64,000 nt of DNA, from contig CALKEU010000005.1 in the NCBI GenBank assembly GCA_938084565.1, positions 5,715 through 69,714 on the forward strand, given 5' to 3'. A program made the translations under genes and the position numbers. The notes below the pieces were generated by a model. That model was not told the DNA's origin. It made no database searches and saw only the letters and a program-made list of their open reading frames with translations. Positions 29,801 through 39,959 of this stretch are shown here, piece after piece; the stretch's first letter is position 1; every line of letters starts with the position of its first letter. This stretch comes from Candidatus Kapaibacterium sp. (GTDB lineage: Bacteria > Bacteroidota > Ignavibacteria > Kapaibacteriales > HRBIN21).

Positions 29801-30240
29801 GGTTGACCATCTCGATTGCCTTGACGGGGGTTGGGATTGTGAGCCTGGCAGGGATTGTGGTGCGCAATGGGGTGGTGTTGGTAGACTATATCGAGCAATT
29901 GCGGGGTCGTGGGATTTCGCTGCGTCGAGCGGTTCTCTGGGGAGGGGCCACGCGAGTGACCCCTGTTGTGTTGACGGCGCTTTCGACGATTCTAGGCTTA
30001 TTGCCGCTGGCCGTTGGGTTGAACATGGATTTCGGGAGTCTGCTGACGCGCTTTGATCCGAAGCTCTACTTCGGAGGGTTCAGCGCTGCTTTCTGGGAGC
30101 CATTGGCGTGGGCGATCATCTTCGGGCTGATTTTTGGGACATTCTTGACGCTGGTTGTGCTGCCGGTGCTCTACTATTTGGTGATGCGGGGTGAGCTCGT
30201 GCGGCGGTGGCGGCGTCGCCTCTACCGAGGCCGAGGCTGA
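26857..30240 (+). CDS. RND efflux permease (AcrB/HAE1 family)
   Basis: 1127 aa, about 12 TM helices, two large periplasmic loops, AcrB-like conserved segments. Confidence 0.85.
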   Translation: MRMREFWLTNWALRNRVTVYVLAVIVFGLGLYTYVRVPKELLPDVVIPTLLVTTVYPGTSPTDVENLLTRPIEKQLKAVAGVSKIRSSSAQDISTIVVQFETTVDPSVAKQRVKDALDRARGELPSDLPEEPRLVEIDFSEFPIMQISIAGELPLEQLKRYAEDMRDRIEALPQIRRVDIVGLPEREIRVDVDLYRLWALGLSLTDVEQAIRRENLNISAGELSAGGLRLNVRLAAEFRTLEDLANVVVRGGTGNTVRLADIATVAEEFKEQQSYARLNRQPVVTLSVVKKEGENLLEAADRIYRIVEEFRQHVVPPSVRLTITDDQSVRSRSTLADLTNAIILGFLFVVVSLMFFMGVQNALFVGLATPLSSFLAMLILPALGFTFNIVVTFAFLLALGIIVDDAIVVIENTYRLYRREGLDIVAAAKQGAGEVFAPVLAGTLTTLAPFLPLLFWPGVVGKFLLYLPVVLIATLSASFLVAYVFNPVFAVDFMPQRQRPMQLRDIVRRVALLLSVAALGYLLGAWSNAAFLTGAATVTWVIALLWAFNRVVFTPLIVEPFQHRIWPAVLQRYRHIGAWILQGRRPWVLVASVVVLFGVTVGLTVLVRPRVLFFTNPEPNSVYVYVSLPVGTDAAVTDSIMRVVEERVYGVLGEENPLVSSVSVNVGVAVGEPFRPSFGITPHKGRLTVSFVDPEYRAGISTWGYFEAIRRVVADIPGAEIAVDKDQAGPQTGSPINIEIAGEDLDTLQRLAEHVRSLLLDTLQLAGIENLQLDVQQTKPEVIITVDRQKAAREGLNSGQLGAALRAALYGVKASAFRAGEEEYPIQVRLMSPYRERLEDLLNVPVAFRDLATGQFRLIPVSAVTTATYTTTYSAINRINQERVVTLRSNVLPGYSAPLLNAEIQRALTRFPLPPGYTIRLTGEQEEQQKTVGFLQTAFLITVALIALVLVTEFSSVVKPLLVLTTVLFSITGVLLGFLLSGLTISIALTGVGIVSLAGIVVRNGVVLVDYIEQLRGRGISLRRAVLWGGATRVTPVVLTALSTILGLLPLAVGLNMDFGSLLTRFDPKLYFGGFSAAFWEPLAWAIIFGLIFGTFLTLVVLPVLYYLVMRGELVRRWRRRLYRGRG

Positions 30241-30887
30241 AATTCCATCCCATAGAGGGGGACAAACTCCTCAGCCGTGGTGACTATCCCGCGGCGGTAT
30301 CGCTCGAGCCCAGCACGGGCGATCCATTCAGCCGATAAGCGGTCTAGGAAAGGCGCGCGAACGCCCTCAACCCATAGAGCCCCTGGGCCGCACAGGAGGG
30401 TATTCGGATCGGGCGGGATATCGCCAATTGCCCGTCGTTCAATGTCGCTTTCGGGGATGCCCGTGGCGGAGAAGTGCTGTATGAACAACCATCCTTCGGC
30501 CCCGTGCGCTGTCGGTGTCACATGCGAGGGGACGCAAGCCAGGATACGCCGAAGGCCAAGCAGAGCTGCTAGTGGGACGGCCTGCGCAGCCAGCGCTTCC
30601 AGCGTGGGAACGGCTACAAGCGCCGGTGGGGCATCCAGGCAGAGTCCTTTGGCCAAACTTGCGCCAATACGCAGCCCCGTAAACGAACCCGGCCCGGCGG
30701 AGATGGCCACAGCGTCCAGCTGTGCAAGCTCAAGGCCGCAATCCTCCAGCAAGCGGCGAATCAATTCGGCGGCCATACGGTCGTGCACATGTGGCTCGCC
30801 CAGGAGGAAGAGGCCCTGCAGCTGCCCATCGGCCACGAGGGCCACGCTCAGCGGATCGCCAGAGGTCTCTATCCCGAGAACGCGCAC
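30222..30887 (-). CDS. tsaB: tRNA t6A biosynthesis protein TsaB (YeaZ)
   Basis: The ORF extends to 30959, but a GTG start at 30887 (VRVLGIETSGDPLSVALV) matches the TsaB N-terminus and removes a 62-nt overlap with the upstream gene. Confidence 0.65.
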   Translation of the reverse strand: MRVLGIETSGDPLSVALVADGQLQGLFLLGEPHVHDRMAAELIRRLLEDCGLELAQLDAVAISAGPGSFTGLRIGASLAKGLCLDAPPALVAVPTLEALAAQAVPLAALLGLRRILACVPSHVTPTAHGAEGWLFIQHFSATGIPESDIERRAIGDIPPDPNTLLCGPGALWVEGVRAPFLDRLSAEWIARAGLERYRRGIVTTAEEFVPLYGMEFQPRPR

Positions 30888-30897
30888 GGGCACCGTG

Positions 30898-33800
30898 TTA
30901 GTGCAGCCAGAGGAACAGACGGAGCCGACTGTGCTGAGGAAAGTGTAGCCGAACGGCATAGAGACCCGGAGCCACCCCAGGGAGGGAGAAGCGTCGTTCG
31001 TGCCTGCCGGCAGAATGCCACTCGGGAGAGCTTACAAGCAGCGGCCGTCCCATGAGATCGAGGAGTTCCAGCCAGAGCATCCCTGCTTCCGGGAGCTCGT
31101 AACGGACGAGTATTTCGCTCGGTGCAGTGACTTGTACGGACACATCCTCCCTTCCTTCCGGTGACAGAGCAATGCCCGTTGCCCCCATGGCAAACCAGCG
31201 GGGGTGGTAGAGTGGCTGCCCGGCCTCCAAGGCTCCGACTTGCCCCTGCTGGAGATCAACAACAAGGAGGAGGCCAGCTCGTGGGGAAACGAGCGCAAGG
31301 TACCGGTTGTCGGGAGAAAAGCTCGGGCGCTGTACGTCCAGCAAGGGCTGACCCCGGTACGTCCACTGGGAAGTCCCTAAGGCAGCAATCTGCCCGGTTT
31401 GGAAGTTAGCGAGCAGGGTCTCGAAGATGCCCGTTCGGTGATCAACGTAGTTGAAGGCAACGAGATCTGGATCGGTGTTGCTGTAAGTGATATTGCCGAG
31501 GCTGAACTCTTCCGGCCGCGGAGGGACGAGCTCGTAGAGAGCAGGACCGGCGAAGTGCACTTCGTAGATGTTCCAGTAGGCCAGCGTATCACCGGTTTGT
31601 AAAGGGAGGAGGTTCAAGGCATCGAAGGCGAGCCGGGGATCACGCATGTTGGGACTCCAGGACATGACGTCGGCCAGCCAGACGGTCGAGACGGGTTCAC
31701 CATCGGGGACTTGAGGGGTCAGCGGAAGGCGGGCTACCTGTTGCCCGTCTGTGATGTAGAGGGATCGGTCCAAAACTCCTGTGACGAGGGAGGCAAGGCG
31801 GCCATCACTACTGATACAGACGTTCCGCAAAGCGGAGAGCTGAGGCAGTGAGACGACGAAGAACTGACCTCGGGTCAAATCGGCATATGCTAGCTGCTGC
31901 TGCTGGTTGATGAAGTAGATGCGATCGCCGCTCCGAGCCGTGCTCAGTTGGGAGAGCGGGAAGCCATCGGGCGAGAGGAGAACTTTCGTCTGCGGATTGT
32001 CTGGGCTGATGATTCCGCTTTGTCCATCGCTGGTACGGAGGAGGGCAATGCGGCCATCGGAGAGGATGAAACTGATGAACCATGTCCCTCCTTGGACGGG
32101 GGGGACCTCATTCCCTCTGCCCCCACCACCACTTCCGTCGTAGATACCAACCCCATCGAAGGCCTGAGCTGCAGCTTGCGCTTCCGCCGACCCGTAGAGC
32201 TCTTGTGCTGCGCGGATGACAGCACGGCGGCAGTCGATGAATTCTGAGCTTCGCGTCAGATAGTGCGCCAGCGCACGGTAGTAGATGCGCTCGGCCTTCT
32301 CCCGTCCAATGGCCTGGATGAGGAGGTAAGCAGCACGGTTGGGAATGCCACTGTTGATGTGGACCCCTCCATTGTCTTGGTTGATCGGCAGGTTGGCGTA
32401 CTGGCTCATATGGCTCGGTTGGGGGGAGAGCACATTGGGGTTACTGGGGTTGGCCAGATCACGGAGAGCCAACGCTGTCCGTGTTATGTCTTCGCCCAGC
32501 AAGAAATCTTCTCGGTCCACCATAACGGCGAAGATGTCGGAGAAGGATTCGTTGAGGGCTCCTGGCTGGAACTGGTAGACCAAGTTTGCCGTGTGCTGCG
32601 TGATGCCGTGGGTCAACTCGTGTGCCACTACGTCGAGTCCCCCGGCCAGAGGTTTGAAGTCTCGTGCGCCGTCACCGTAGACCATGATTTTGAGTCCACC
32701 GTTCCAGTAGGCATTGTCCATCGGCTGGCCTCTGTAGGTGGCGTGAATGATAGAGATGATCGTGCCCCCTTGTCCGTCGATGGCATTACGGTTGTGCGTG
32801 CTCCGGTAGTAGGAGTCACAGACGTAGGCGTTGTAGTGGGCAGAGACAGCTGTCGGGTCGTTCCAGGTGTTGGTTGGAGAGGTTATGTGGTAGAGGCGGG
32901 GATTCTGGGGGTCGACGTCGCCGTAGTTCGCAGTGAGCGTGATACTCCCCCCTTTGACTCGGTTGGGGAGCTGGGAGCCAGAGCGGTCGAGGCTTGGTAG
33001 GTCCCAGATCATGTAGTGCATGCCGTCGTCATGGCGGTAGACGCGGAAGCTTCGCTGCATGCCGTTCAGATCAGTACCAGAGGCATTGACGAACGTGCCC
33101 TGCAAAACCCCCGAGGAAGTGCTACGGGAGAGCAGCTGGGGTGGTTCATGGTGTGGGCAGGGGGATGAAGAGTGCCACGGGTTTACGTGCAATGTACACG
33201 TGTTCAGGATAGACCAGCGGATCGAGCCGTCGAGAGCATCTACGAAGACGGTGTAGTGTTCGACGAGATTTGCCGCCACGTTGACTTCGTAGCACAGAAA
33301 GACGGCTTGCGTCAGCGGGTGAGGAAAGAGGAGGAGCGAAGCGGTGAAGGGTTGCAGCTCTGGGTGGAGTTCGAAGAGGATGTCCGGCAGTGGGGTAAAG
33401 GTAGTGAGCTGCCATACGTGGTTTCGAGCCCGCTCTATGGCATTCTCGGGGCTCAGTCTCGGTTGTGTTGGGGCGCCAACTGGGGTGGGGATATACCGCC
33501 CGTTCAGGAGGGTGAGCTCACCGCTGGGCTGGATATGGACGTAGAGATCAGCAGCCCACACGGGGATGCCTTCGTAGAACTGCTGGAACCGGAGGTGCGA
33601 GATCCCGAGCTCATCGGTGTGAAGGGATAGCAGACGAAGCTCTCGATGGGGCTCTACGAGGCGCAATCGCTCGCGGTGGTGGGTGAGGAGATTCAGGACT
33701 GACACCAGATCGGGGATACGGGAAGGCGGAGCGTTGGAATGCGGTGAAGGAAGCTCGTAGAAGCGGGCCATGCCCAGAGAGAATTCGAGCCAGCTTGGAG

Positions 33801-34146
33801 TACCGTTGGGGGCAAGCCCAATGAGCGGTGTGAGTCGCAGCGGGTTTGGGGCTGGGTGCGGATTCCACGAGCCGAGCTGATGGTAGCGCAGGAACAGAGG
33901 CTCATGGTCGAATGGAGCCACAGGAATTGCAGGAACAGTGGAGAGAGAAGCGCTCTGCTGCTCGAGGAATTCAGCAACAGAGCGGATAGTTCGGGGCGGC
34001 TGCGCATTCTCTCTGGGGACAGCCTGAGGCGGGAGCGAAGCAGCAGCACAGAGAACGCTCCAGAGGAATCCGGTAAGATACCACAGCGGTGCCATAACTG
34101 CTTTCCTCAGGGCAGGGACAAACGTACGGGCACAAATATATGCCAT
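30898..34146 (-). CDS. M4 (thermolysin-like) zinc metalloprotease with propeptide, C-terminal TolB-like beta-propeller and T9SS CTD
   Basis: HExxH with the downstream Glu (VVAHELTHGIT ... GALNESFSDIF). WD40-like propeller repeats (FSPDNRYLALVSP, SSDGRLASLV). C-terminus GLYAVRLHFPQHSRLRLFLWLH. 1082 aa. Confidence 0.8.
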   Translation of the reverse strand: MAYICARTFVPALRKAVMAPLWYLTGFLWSVLCAAASLPPQAVPRENAQPPRTIRSVAEFLEQQSASLSTVPAIPVAPFDHEPLFLRYHQLGSWNPHPAPNPLRLTPLIGLAPNGTPSWLEFSLGMARFYELPSPHSNAPPSRIPDLVSVLNLLTHHRERLRLVEPHRELRLLSLHTDELGISHLRFQQFYEGIPVWAADLYVHIQPSGELTLLNGRYIPTPVGAPTQPRLSPENAIERARNHVWQLTTFTPLPDILFELHPELQPFTASLLLFPHPLTQAVFLCYEVNVAANLVEHYTVFVDALDGSIRWSILNTCTLHVNPWHSSSPCPHHEPPQLLSRSTSSGVLQGTFVNASGTDLNGMQRSFRVYRHDDGMHYMIWDLPSLDRSGSQLPNRVKGGSITLTANYGDVDPQNPRLYHITSPTNTWNDPTAVSAHYNAYVCDSYYRSTHNRNAIDGQGGTIISIIHATYRGQPMDNAYWNGGLKIMVYGDGARDFKPLAGGLDVVAHELTHGITQHTANLVYQFQPGALNESFSDIFAVMVDREDFLLGEDITRTALALRDLANPSNPNVLSPQPSHMSQYANLPINQDNGGVHINSGIPNRAAYLLIQAIGREKAERIYYRALAHYLTRSSEFIDCRRAVIRAAQELYGSAEAQAAAQAFDGVGIYDGSGGGGRGNEVPPVQGGTWFISFILSDGRIALLRTSDGQSGIISPDNPQTKVLLSPDGFPLSQLSTARSGDRIYFINQQQQLAYADLTRGQFFVVSLPQLSALRNVCISSDGRLASLVTGVLDRSLYITDGQQVARLPLTPQVPDGEPVSTVWLADVMSWSPNMRDPRLAFDALNLLPLQTGDTLAYWNIYEVHFAGPALYELVPPRPEEFSLGNITYSNTDPDLVAFNYVDHRTGIFETLLANFQTGQIAALGTSQWTYRGQPLLDVQRPSFSPDNRYLALVSPRAGLLLVVDLQQGQVGALEAGQPLYHPRWFAMGATGIALSPEGREDVSVQVTAPSEILVRYELPEAGMLWLELLDLMGRPLLVSSPEWHSAGRHERRFSLPGVAPGLYAVRLHFPQHSRLRLFLWLH

Positions 34147-34151
34147 CCGGC

Positions 34152-35138
34152 TTACTGTTGCGGTTGCTGGACGTGGCAGAGGAGGGCTTGGCGGATACGC
34201 CCCTGATGGCGTGCCAGGAGCTCCCGGGCCTGCTCGGCAGGGAGCTGGCCCAGCAGCATAAGGAGAGCCACTTTAGTATCCCACGAAGCTTCGTGGAGGA
34301 CGTGTTCTGCAGTCGCATAGTCCACGTTGGCAAGCAGCATGAGGATGCGCTTAGCGCGCTCGCGCAGCTTGAGGTTGGTCGGCCGGAGATCGACCATGAT
34401 GTTGTGATACGTCTTGCCCAGGCGGATCATGGCCGCGGTGGTGAGCATGTTGAGGACGAGTTTCTGAGCGGTGCCGGATTTCATGCGGGTGGAGCCGGCA
34501 ATGACTTCGGGGCCAACCTCAGGACAGATGAGGATGTGGCTATAGCGGGCAATTTCCATCTGCTGGACCTGCTGGCGGGGGTTCGTAGTGACCAAGATCG
34601 TCGTAGCCCCGCGTCGATGCGCTTCCTCGAGAGCCCCGATAACAAAGGGGGTACGAGCGGATGCGGCGATACCACAGACGACATCGCGCTCGCAGACCAT
34701 CCGCGCAGCGATGGCAGCAGCACCGTCTTCCCGTCGGTCTTCTGCTCCTTCTTGAGCCTGGAAGACGGCCTCAGGTCCGCCGGCGATAATAGCTTGGACC
34801 AGCTCTGGGGCGGTGCCGAACGTCGGAGGGCATTCAGCTGCATCCAAGATGCCGAGCCGCCCGCTCGTACCAGCCCCGACGTAGATGAGCCGTCCGCCGC
34901 GCTGGAAGGCGTCCACGATTCGCTCCACAGCCTGTGCGATGGCAGGAAGTTCACGCGCAACGGCCGGAGCAACTTTGTGATCTTCAGCGCTGATGAGCTC
35001 CAGGATGCGCTCCGTCTCTGCCAGATCGATATCCCAGGTGGCGGGGTTATTCTGTTCGGTGAGCAACTGCGCAAGCTCTTCGGCCAGCGAGGGCAGGGAG
35101 TGCTCCGGTGCCGAAGGTTTAGGAGTTGCGGCGCCCAT
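34152..35138 (-). CDS. murQ: N-acetylmuramic acid 6-phosphate etherase
   Basis: SIS domain. [27 protein letters not shown] and C-terminal NLKLRERA...TAEHVL match MurQ. Confidence 0.8.
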   Translation of the reverse strand: MGAATPKPSAPEHSLPSLAEELAQLLTEQNNPATWDIDLAETERILELISAEDHKVAPAVARELPAIAQAVERIVDAFQRGGRLIYVGAGTSGRLGILDAAECPPTFGTAPELVQAIIAGGPEAVFQAQEGAEDRREDGAAAIAARMVCERDVVCGIAASARTPFVIGALEEAHRRGATTILVTTNPRQQVQQMEIARYSHILICPEVGPEVIAGSTRMKSGTAQKLVLNMLTTAAMIRLGKTYHNIMVDLRPTNLKLRERAKRILMLLANVDYATAEHVLHEASWDTKVALLMLLGQLPAEQARELLARHQGRIRQALLCHVQQPQQ

Positions 35139-36456
35139 CGCCGGTGTGGTAGTCTAACTCGCGCAGGAGAGCCTGTCGCTCGATCTCAAGCTGCCGGATG
35201 CGCCGCTCCAATTGATCGAGCTCTTCGGGGAGGGAGTCAATCTGGATGCGCAGGCGGCTAGCAGCCTCGTCGATCAAATCAATTGCCTTGTCGGGCAAGA
35301 AGCGATCCGTAATGTAGCGGGCCGACAGTTGGGCAGCCGCTACAATGGCAGCATCGGTGATGCGCACACCGTGATGGAGCTCGTAGCGCTCTTTGAGGCC
35401 CCGTAGGATGGAGATGGTTTCCTCCACGCTGGGTTCGTCGACCAGGACCTTTTGGAAGCGGCGTTCCAAGGCAGGGTCTTTTTCGATGTACTTCTGGTAT
35501 TCGTCCAGGGTCGTGGCCCCGATGCATCGCAGTTCGCCTCGCGCCAGTGGCGGCTTGAGGATATTGGCAGCGTCAATACTTCCTTGAGCTGCCCCTGCCC
35601 CGACGACCGTGTGGAGCTCATCGATAAAGAGGATAACCTCACCGTTGGATTCCACCACCTCCTTGACAACGGCTTTGAGCCGTTCCTCGAACTGCCCGCG
35701 GAATTGGGTTCCAGCCACCAGAGCTGGCAGGTCGAGTGCGATGATGGTTTTCGTCTTGAGCGGCTCGGGAACATCTCCGGCCACGATGCGCTGGGCGAGG
35801 CCTTCGACGATGGCTGTCTTGCCGACCCCGGGTTCACCGATGAGGACGGGGTTATTCTTTGTACGCCGAGTCAGAATTTGCATGACGCGGCGGATCTCCT
35901 CCTCCCGTCCGATGACGGGATCAAGGCGTCCTTTGCGAGCTTCATCGTTGAGATTGCGTCCGTAGCGCTGGAGGGCTTGGTATTTCTCCTCTGGCACTGG
36001 ATCGGTGACGCGGTGTACACCGCGGATACGGGTCAGGACCTGCAAGATGGCTTCTCTCGTCAGGCCGTGCTTGCGGAGGAGTTGGGCCGTGCTGGAGGGT
36101 TCCTCCACGAGCGCTAACAAGAGGTGCTCCGTGCTCACATACTCGTCCTTGAGGGTTATCGCTTCCTGCCAGGCGCGCTCCAGAACAGCCATGAGTTCTC
36201 GAGACAAGTGTTGCTCGAAGCTCCCGCTGACCTTTGGGAGGCGAGTGAGCTCGGTGCGAAGGTGTTCTGTCAGTGAGGGAAGGGATACCTCCAGCGAGTG
36301 GAGAATCGTAGAGACCACGCCGGTATCATCTTCCAGCAGTGCTGCTGCAAGGTGGAGGGGTTCAATGGTAGAGTGGCCGAGCTCTGCCGCAAGCTGCTGT
36401 GCACGCTGCAGCGCTTCCTGAGATTTGAGCGTGAACCGTTGGAGATGGACTGGCAT
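35119..36456 (-). CDS. clpB: ClpB-like chaperone fragment: N-domain, AAA-1 and the first part of the M-domain only (truncated)
   Basis: 445 aa. Clp N repeats, Walker [16 protein letters not shown], Walker [10 protein letters not shown]-domain start [22 protein letters not shown]. It then stops (…[11 protein letters not shown]). AAA-2 is absent and murQ starts 19 nt inside its 3' end. Confidence 0.7.
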   Translation of the reverse strand: MPVHLQRFTLKSQEALQRAQQLAAELGHSTIEPLHLAAALLEDDTGVVSTILHSLEVSLPSLTEHLRTELTRLPKVSGSFEQHLSRELMAVLERAWQEAITLKDEYVSTEHLLLALVEEPSSTAQLLRKHGLTREAILQVLTRIRGVHRVTDPVPEEKYQALQRYGRNLNDEARKGRLDPVIGREEEIRRVMQILTRRTKNNPVLIGEPGVGKTAIVEGLAQRIVAGDVPEPLKTKTIIALDLPALVAGTQFRGQFEERLKAVVKEVVESNGEVILFIDELHTVVGAGAAQGSIDAANILKPPLARGELRCIGATTLDEYQKYIEKDPALERRFQKVLVDEPSVEETISILRGLKERYELHHGVRITDAAIVAAAQLSARYITDRFLPDKAIDLIDEAASRLRIQIDSLPEELDQLERRIRQLEIERQALLRELDYHTGDGRRNS

Positions 36457-36617
36457 GGGCTCTTTGCGCAGCTGTCCTACTGTTGCTGGAGACGAACGAT
36501 AGGCCGCAAATGGTGGAGAAACTCCCAGAGGCGTAGAGCATTGCCGGTCAGCTCATGCATGGGAGCGAGACTTATCCGTCTTAACGGCTGGACAGCTGTG
36601 TGCGGTGAACATGTCCC

Positions 36618-39600
36618 TTGTGCCATTGGAGAGCGATGCAGCACTCAGCCCCTGACAATCTGTGGCTCCATCCTCTGCCGGAGGAGCTCCAGTATCCAGC
36701 GCTTGAAGAGGAGGTGTTGGCCTTCTGGGAGCGTGAACGCATCTTTGAGCGTTCGCTCGAGCAGCGGCGCCATGCACCGCGATTTCGCTTCTACGAGGGT
36801 CCGCCCACAGTCAACGGCCGACCGGGTATTCACCACGTCATGGCGCGGACGATCAAGGATGTTGTCTGCCGTTACAAGACGATGTGTGGCTTCTACGTGC
36901 GTCGGCAGGCCGGATGGGATTGCCATGGATTGCCGATAGAACTCGCCGTAGAGCAGCAGCTTGGCATTGTCAACAAGCGGGAGATTGAGACGCTCTACGG
37001 CGTTGAGCGATTCAACCAAGCGTGCAAGGAGCTTGTATGGCGGCACATCGAGATGGAGGGAGGGTGGCGGAGCCTGACGCGCCGGATGGGCTACTGGATC
37101 GACATGGAGCATGCCTACATCACCTGCTCCAACGAATACATCGAGTCCCTCTGGTGGGCGCTCAAGCAGCTCTTCGAGCGTGGGCTTATCTACCGTGGGT
37201 TCAAAGTGGTGCCGCAGTCACCGACGATTGAAACCCCATTGAGTTCGCATGAGCTTGCGCTCGGCTACAAGGAAGTCCGCGACCCGAGCGTGTTCATTCG
37301 TGTCAAGGTTGAGCGGCCCAGCCATCCGGCCGTAGCGGGGGCGGCGCTCCTGGTATGGACCACAACGCCATGGACGCTCTTTGGCAACGTGGCCTTGGCA
37401 GTCAACCCGTCGGTGCGCTATGTGCGCGTGCGGAATAGCCGTCCGGGTGCCAGAGAGCCAGAGGAACTCGTGCTGGCTGAAAGCTGCCTCTCGGTGCTGG
37501 AGGGGGAGTATGAAGTGCTGGCGAGCCTGACGGGTGCTGAGATGGTCGGCACGGTGTACGAGCCCATCTTTGCGTCCCCTACAGTCGACCCCCAGCAGTA
37601 TCGGCATGCTTTCACCGTGCTGCCGGCAGAATTTGTCTCCACAGATGAAGGCACAGGCATTGTGCACATTGCCCCAGCTTTCGGGGTGGAAGATTTCGAG
37701 CTCGGGCAGCAGTATGGACTGCCGCTCCTGCAGCCGGTAACCCCCGATGGGCACTTTACGGCCGAGGTGCCCGAATTTGCCGGACGGGCTATCAAGACAT
37801 TTCGGTACCACGATCGAGTCGAAGAGGGAGCCGAGCGGGATATCGTTGCAGCGCTGGCGCGTATGGGCAAGCTCTATCGGGCTCGCTTTGACTACGTGCA
37901 CTCCTATCCACACTGCTGGCGGACGGGCAACCCCGTCATGTACTATGCACGGCAGTCGTGGTTTCTCCGCTCTCCGGCTTACAAGGAGCGCATGCTCGAG
38001 CTCAATAAGCAGATTCGGTGGCAACCACCCGAGATTGGATCGGGCCGTTTCGGTAATTGGCTCGAGGAGGTCAAGGAGTGGGCGCTCTCCCGTGACCGCT
38101 ACTGGGGTACTCCGCTCCCGATTTGGATCAGCGACGATGGGACGGAGATGTTCGCCATTGGCTCTATAGCGGAGCTCTTGGAAGGGCTGTACGAATTCCC
38201 CGATGGGCGGCGGGTCCCCGTCCGAGAGGCTGGGGTAGAGCTCGATCTGCATCGCCCCTTTGTGGATCGCGTCATCTTCGTGCGGAATGGAAAGGTATTC
38301 CGGCGCACCCCGGAGGTGGTCGATGTCTGGTTTGACTCTGGCGCCATGCCCTTTGCGCAGTTTCACTATCCCTTCGAAAATCAAGAGCTCTTCGCCGAAC
38401 ACTTTCCCGCCGACTTCATTGCTGAGGGAGTGGATCAGACCCGAGGCTGGTTCTACACATTGCACAACTTGGCTACAGTGCTCTTCGACCAGCCGGCCTT
38501 CCGCTCGGTGGTGGTCAACGAGCTGATTTTAGACAAGCACGGCGTCAAGATGTCGAAGTCGAAGGGGAACGTTGTCGATCCCTTTGCGGTCATTGAGCGC
38601 TACGGGGCTGACGCTGTGCGGTGGTACCTGCTTGCGGCCAACCCACCGTGGAAGCCGATGCAATTTGATGAGGAAGAGATCGGGCGTACGGTCGTGGCTA
38701 ATTTCCTCCGAGCGGTGGTGAATGTGTACAACTTCTTTGCCCTCTACGCTCGTATCGATGGCTTTTCGGGGACCGAGCCGGCGGTAGCAGTGGCGGAGCG
38801 TCCGGAGATTGACCGTTGGGTGCTCTCGCGTCTGCAGACCGTGCTGCAGCAGTACCGAGAGGCCATGGAAGAGTACGAGCTGACGCGGGCGGTGCGGCTG
38901 GTGCAGGAGTTTGTGCTCGAGGAGGTGTCCAATTGGTACGTTCGGCGGAATCGGCGACGCTTCTGGAAGGGGGAGCATGATCGGGAGAAGCTCGCTGCCT
39001 ATCAGACCCTGTACACCGTCTTGCGTGGCATTCTGCTCATGATGGCGCCGTTTGCTCCCTTCCTGGCCGAGGCACTCTACTGGCGGCTGCGGCGGCCTGA
39101 AGAGCCGTGTTCGATCCACCTCCTCGATATGCCATTGCCTGAGCCGGAGCTTCGGGATCCTGAGCTGGAAGGCCGCATGGAGCTGGCGCGGCGGATTGTT
39201 GCGCTGGTGCGGCAATTGCGAGAGCGAGCGCGCATTAAGACCCGACAGCCTCTCCGGCGCATCCTTCTCCCAGCTCTGTCGCCCGGCCAGCAGAGGGATG
39301 TCCGCTCAGTGGAGAACCTCATTACCGAGGAGGTCAATGTGAAAGCCATCGAATTTCTGCCCTCAGAAGTCGAGGTGGTCCGCTGGACGGCTAAGCCTCA
39401 GTATCGTGTTCTGGGTAAGCGATTCGGCAAGCGGTTGCCGCAGGTGGAGCAGGCACTGGCCCAGCTCCCGCAGGAGGTTTTGCGGCGTTTCCACGAAACG
39501 GGGCGCCTCCGCCTCGAGCTGGAGGGCGAGACGGTGGAGCTGGGGCGGGACGAAGTCGAACTCCGCAGCCAGGAAATCGAGGGTTGGCTCGTTGCCAGTG

Positions 39601-39959
39601 ACGGGGAGCTCACGGTAGCTCTGGATACAACTCTGGATGAGGAGTTGCGTCGCGAAGGACTGGCTCGAGAGTTCGTCTTCTGGGTGCAAAACCTGCGCAA
39701 GCAGGCGGGTTTTGCCGTCACCGACCGTATCCATATCATCTATGCTGCACCACCCGAAGTGCGGCAGGCGCTCGAGGAGCTACGTGACTATGTGCAACGG
39801 GAAACTCTGGCGGAATCTCTTATTTTTGCCGCATGCCCAGAAGGGCATGCCGTCGATATCAACGGCTACCGTGCCTACGTCTGTGTTGAACGTGCACATG
39901 CAGTAAAGTCAGAGCACGGAGGACCAGCAGCATGGCAACTCGGAAACGAGGCGCTGTAG
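36618..39959 (+). CDS. ileS: isoleucine--tRNA ligase
   Basis: HIGH-type (PGIHHVMART) and KMSKS motifs. 1113 aa. Editing domain and C-terminal Zn-finger-less Bacteroidota-type tail. Confidence 0.9.
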   Translation: MCHWRAMQHSAPDNLWLHPLPEELQYPALEEEVLAFWERERIFERSLEQRRHAPRFRFYEGPPTVNGRPGIHHVMARTIKDVVCRYKTMCGFYVRRQAGWDCHGLPIELAVEQQLGIVNKREIETLYGVERFNQACKELVWRHIEMEGGWRSLTRRMGYWIDMEHAYITCSNEYIESLWWALKQLFERGLIYRGFKVVPQSPTIETPLSSHELALGYKEVRDPSVFIRVKVERPSHPAVAGAALLVWTTTPWTLFGNVALAVNPSVRYVRVRNSRPGAREPEELVLAESCLSVLEGEYEVLASLTGAEMVGTVYEPIFASPTVDPQQYRHAFTVLPAEFVSTDEGTGIVHIAPAFGVEDFELGQQYGLPLLQPVTPDGHFTAEVPEFAGRAIKTFRYHDRVEEGAERDIVAALARMGKLYRARFDYVHSYPHCWRTGNPVMYYARQSWFLRSPAYKERMLELNKQIRWQPPEIGSGRFGNWLEEVKEWALSRDRYWGTPLPIWISDDGTEMFAIGSIAELLEGLYEFPDGRRVPVREAGVELDLHRPFVDRVIFVRNGKVFRRTPEVVDVWFDSGAMPFAQFHYPFENQELFAEHFPADFIAEGVDQTRGWFYTLHNLATVLFDQPAFRSVVVNELILDKHGVKMSKSKGNVVDPFAVIERYGADAVRWYLLAANPPWKPMQFDEEEIGRTVVANFLRAVVNVYNFFALYARIDGFSGTEPAVAVAERPEIDRWVLSRLQTVLQQYREAMEEYELTRAVRLVQEFVLEEVSNWYVRRNRRRFWKGEHDREKLAAYQTLYTVLRGILLMMAPFAPFLAEALYWRLRRPEEPCSIHLLDMPLPEPELRDPELEGRMELARRIVALVRQLRERARIKTRQPLRRILLPALSPGQQRDVRSVENLITEEVNVKAIEFLPSEVEVVRWTAKPQYRVLGKRFGKRLPQVEQALAQLPQEVLRRFHETGRLRLELEGETVELGRDEVELRSQEIEGWLVASDGELTVALDTTLDEELRREGLAREFVFWVQNLRKQAGFAVTDRIHIIYAAPPEVRQALEELRDYVQRETLAESLIFAACPEGHAVDINGYRAYVCVERAHAVKSEHGGPAAWQLGNEAL

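Noticed and set aside
38529-39215. 228-aa reverse-strand ORF inside ileS
   Set aside because: It lies entirely antisense within a strongly supported ileS coding region and has a low-complexity R/P/H-rich composition typical of alternative-frame ORFs in GC-rich DNA.
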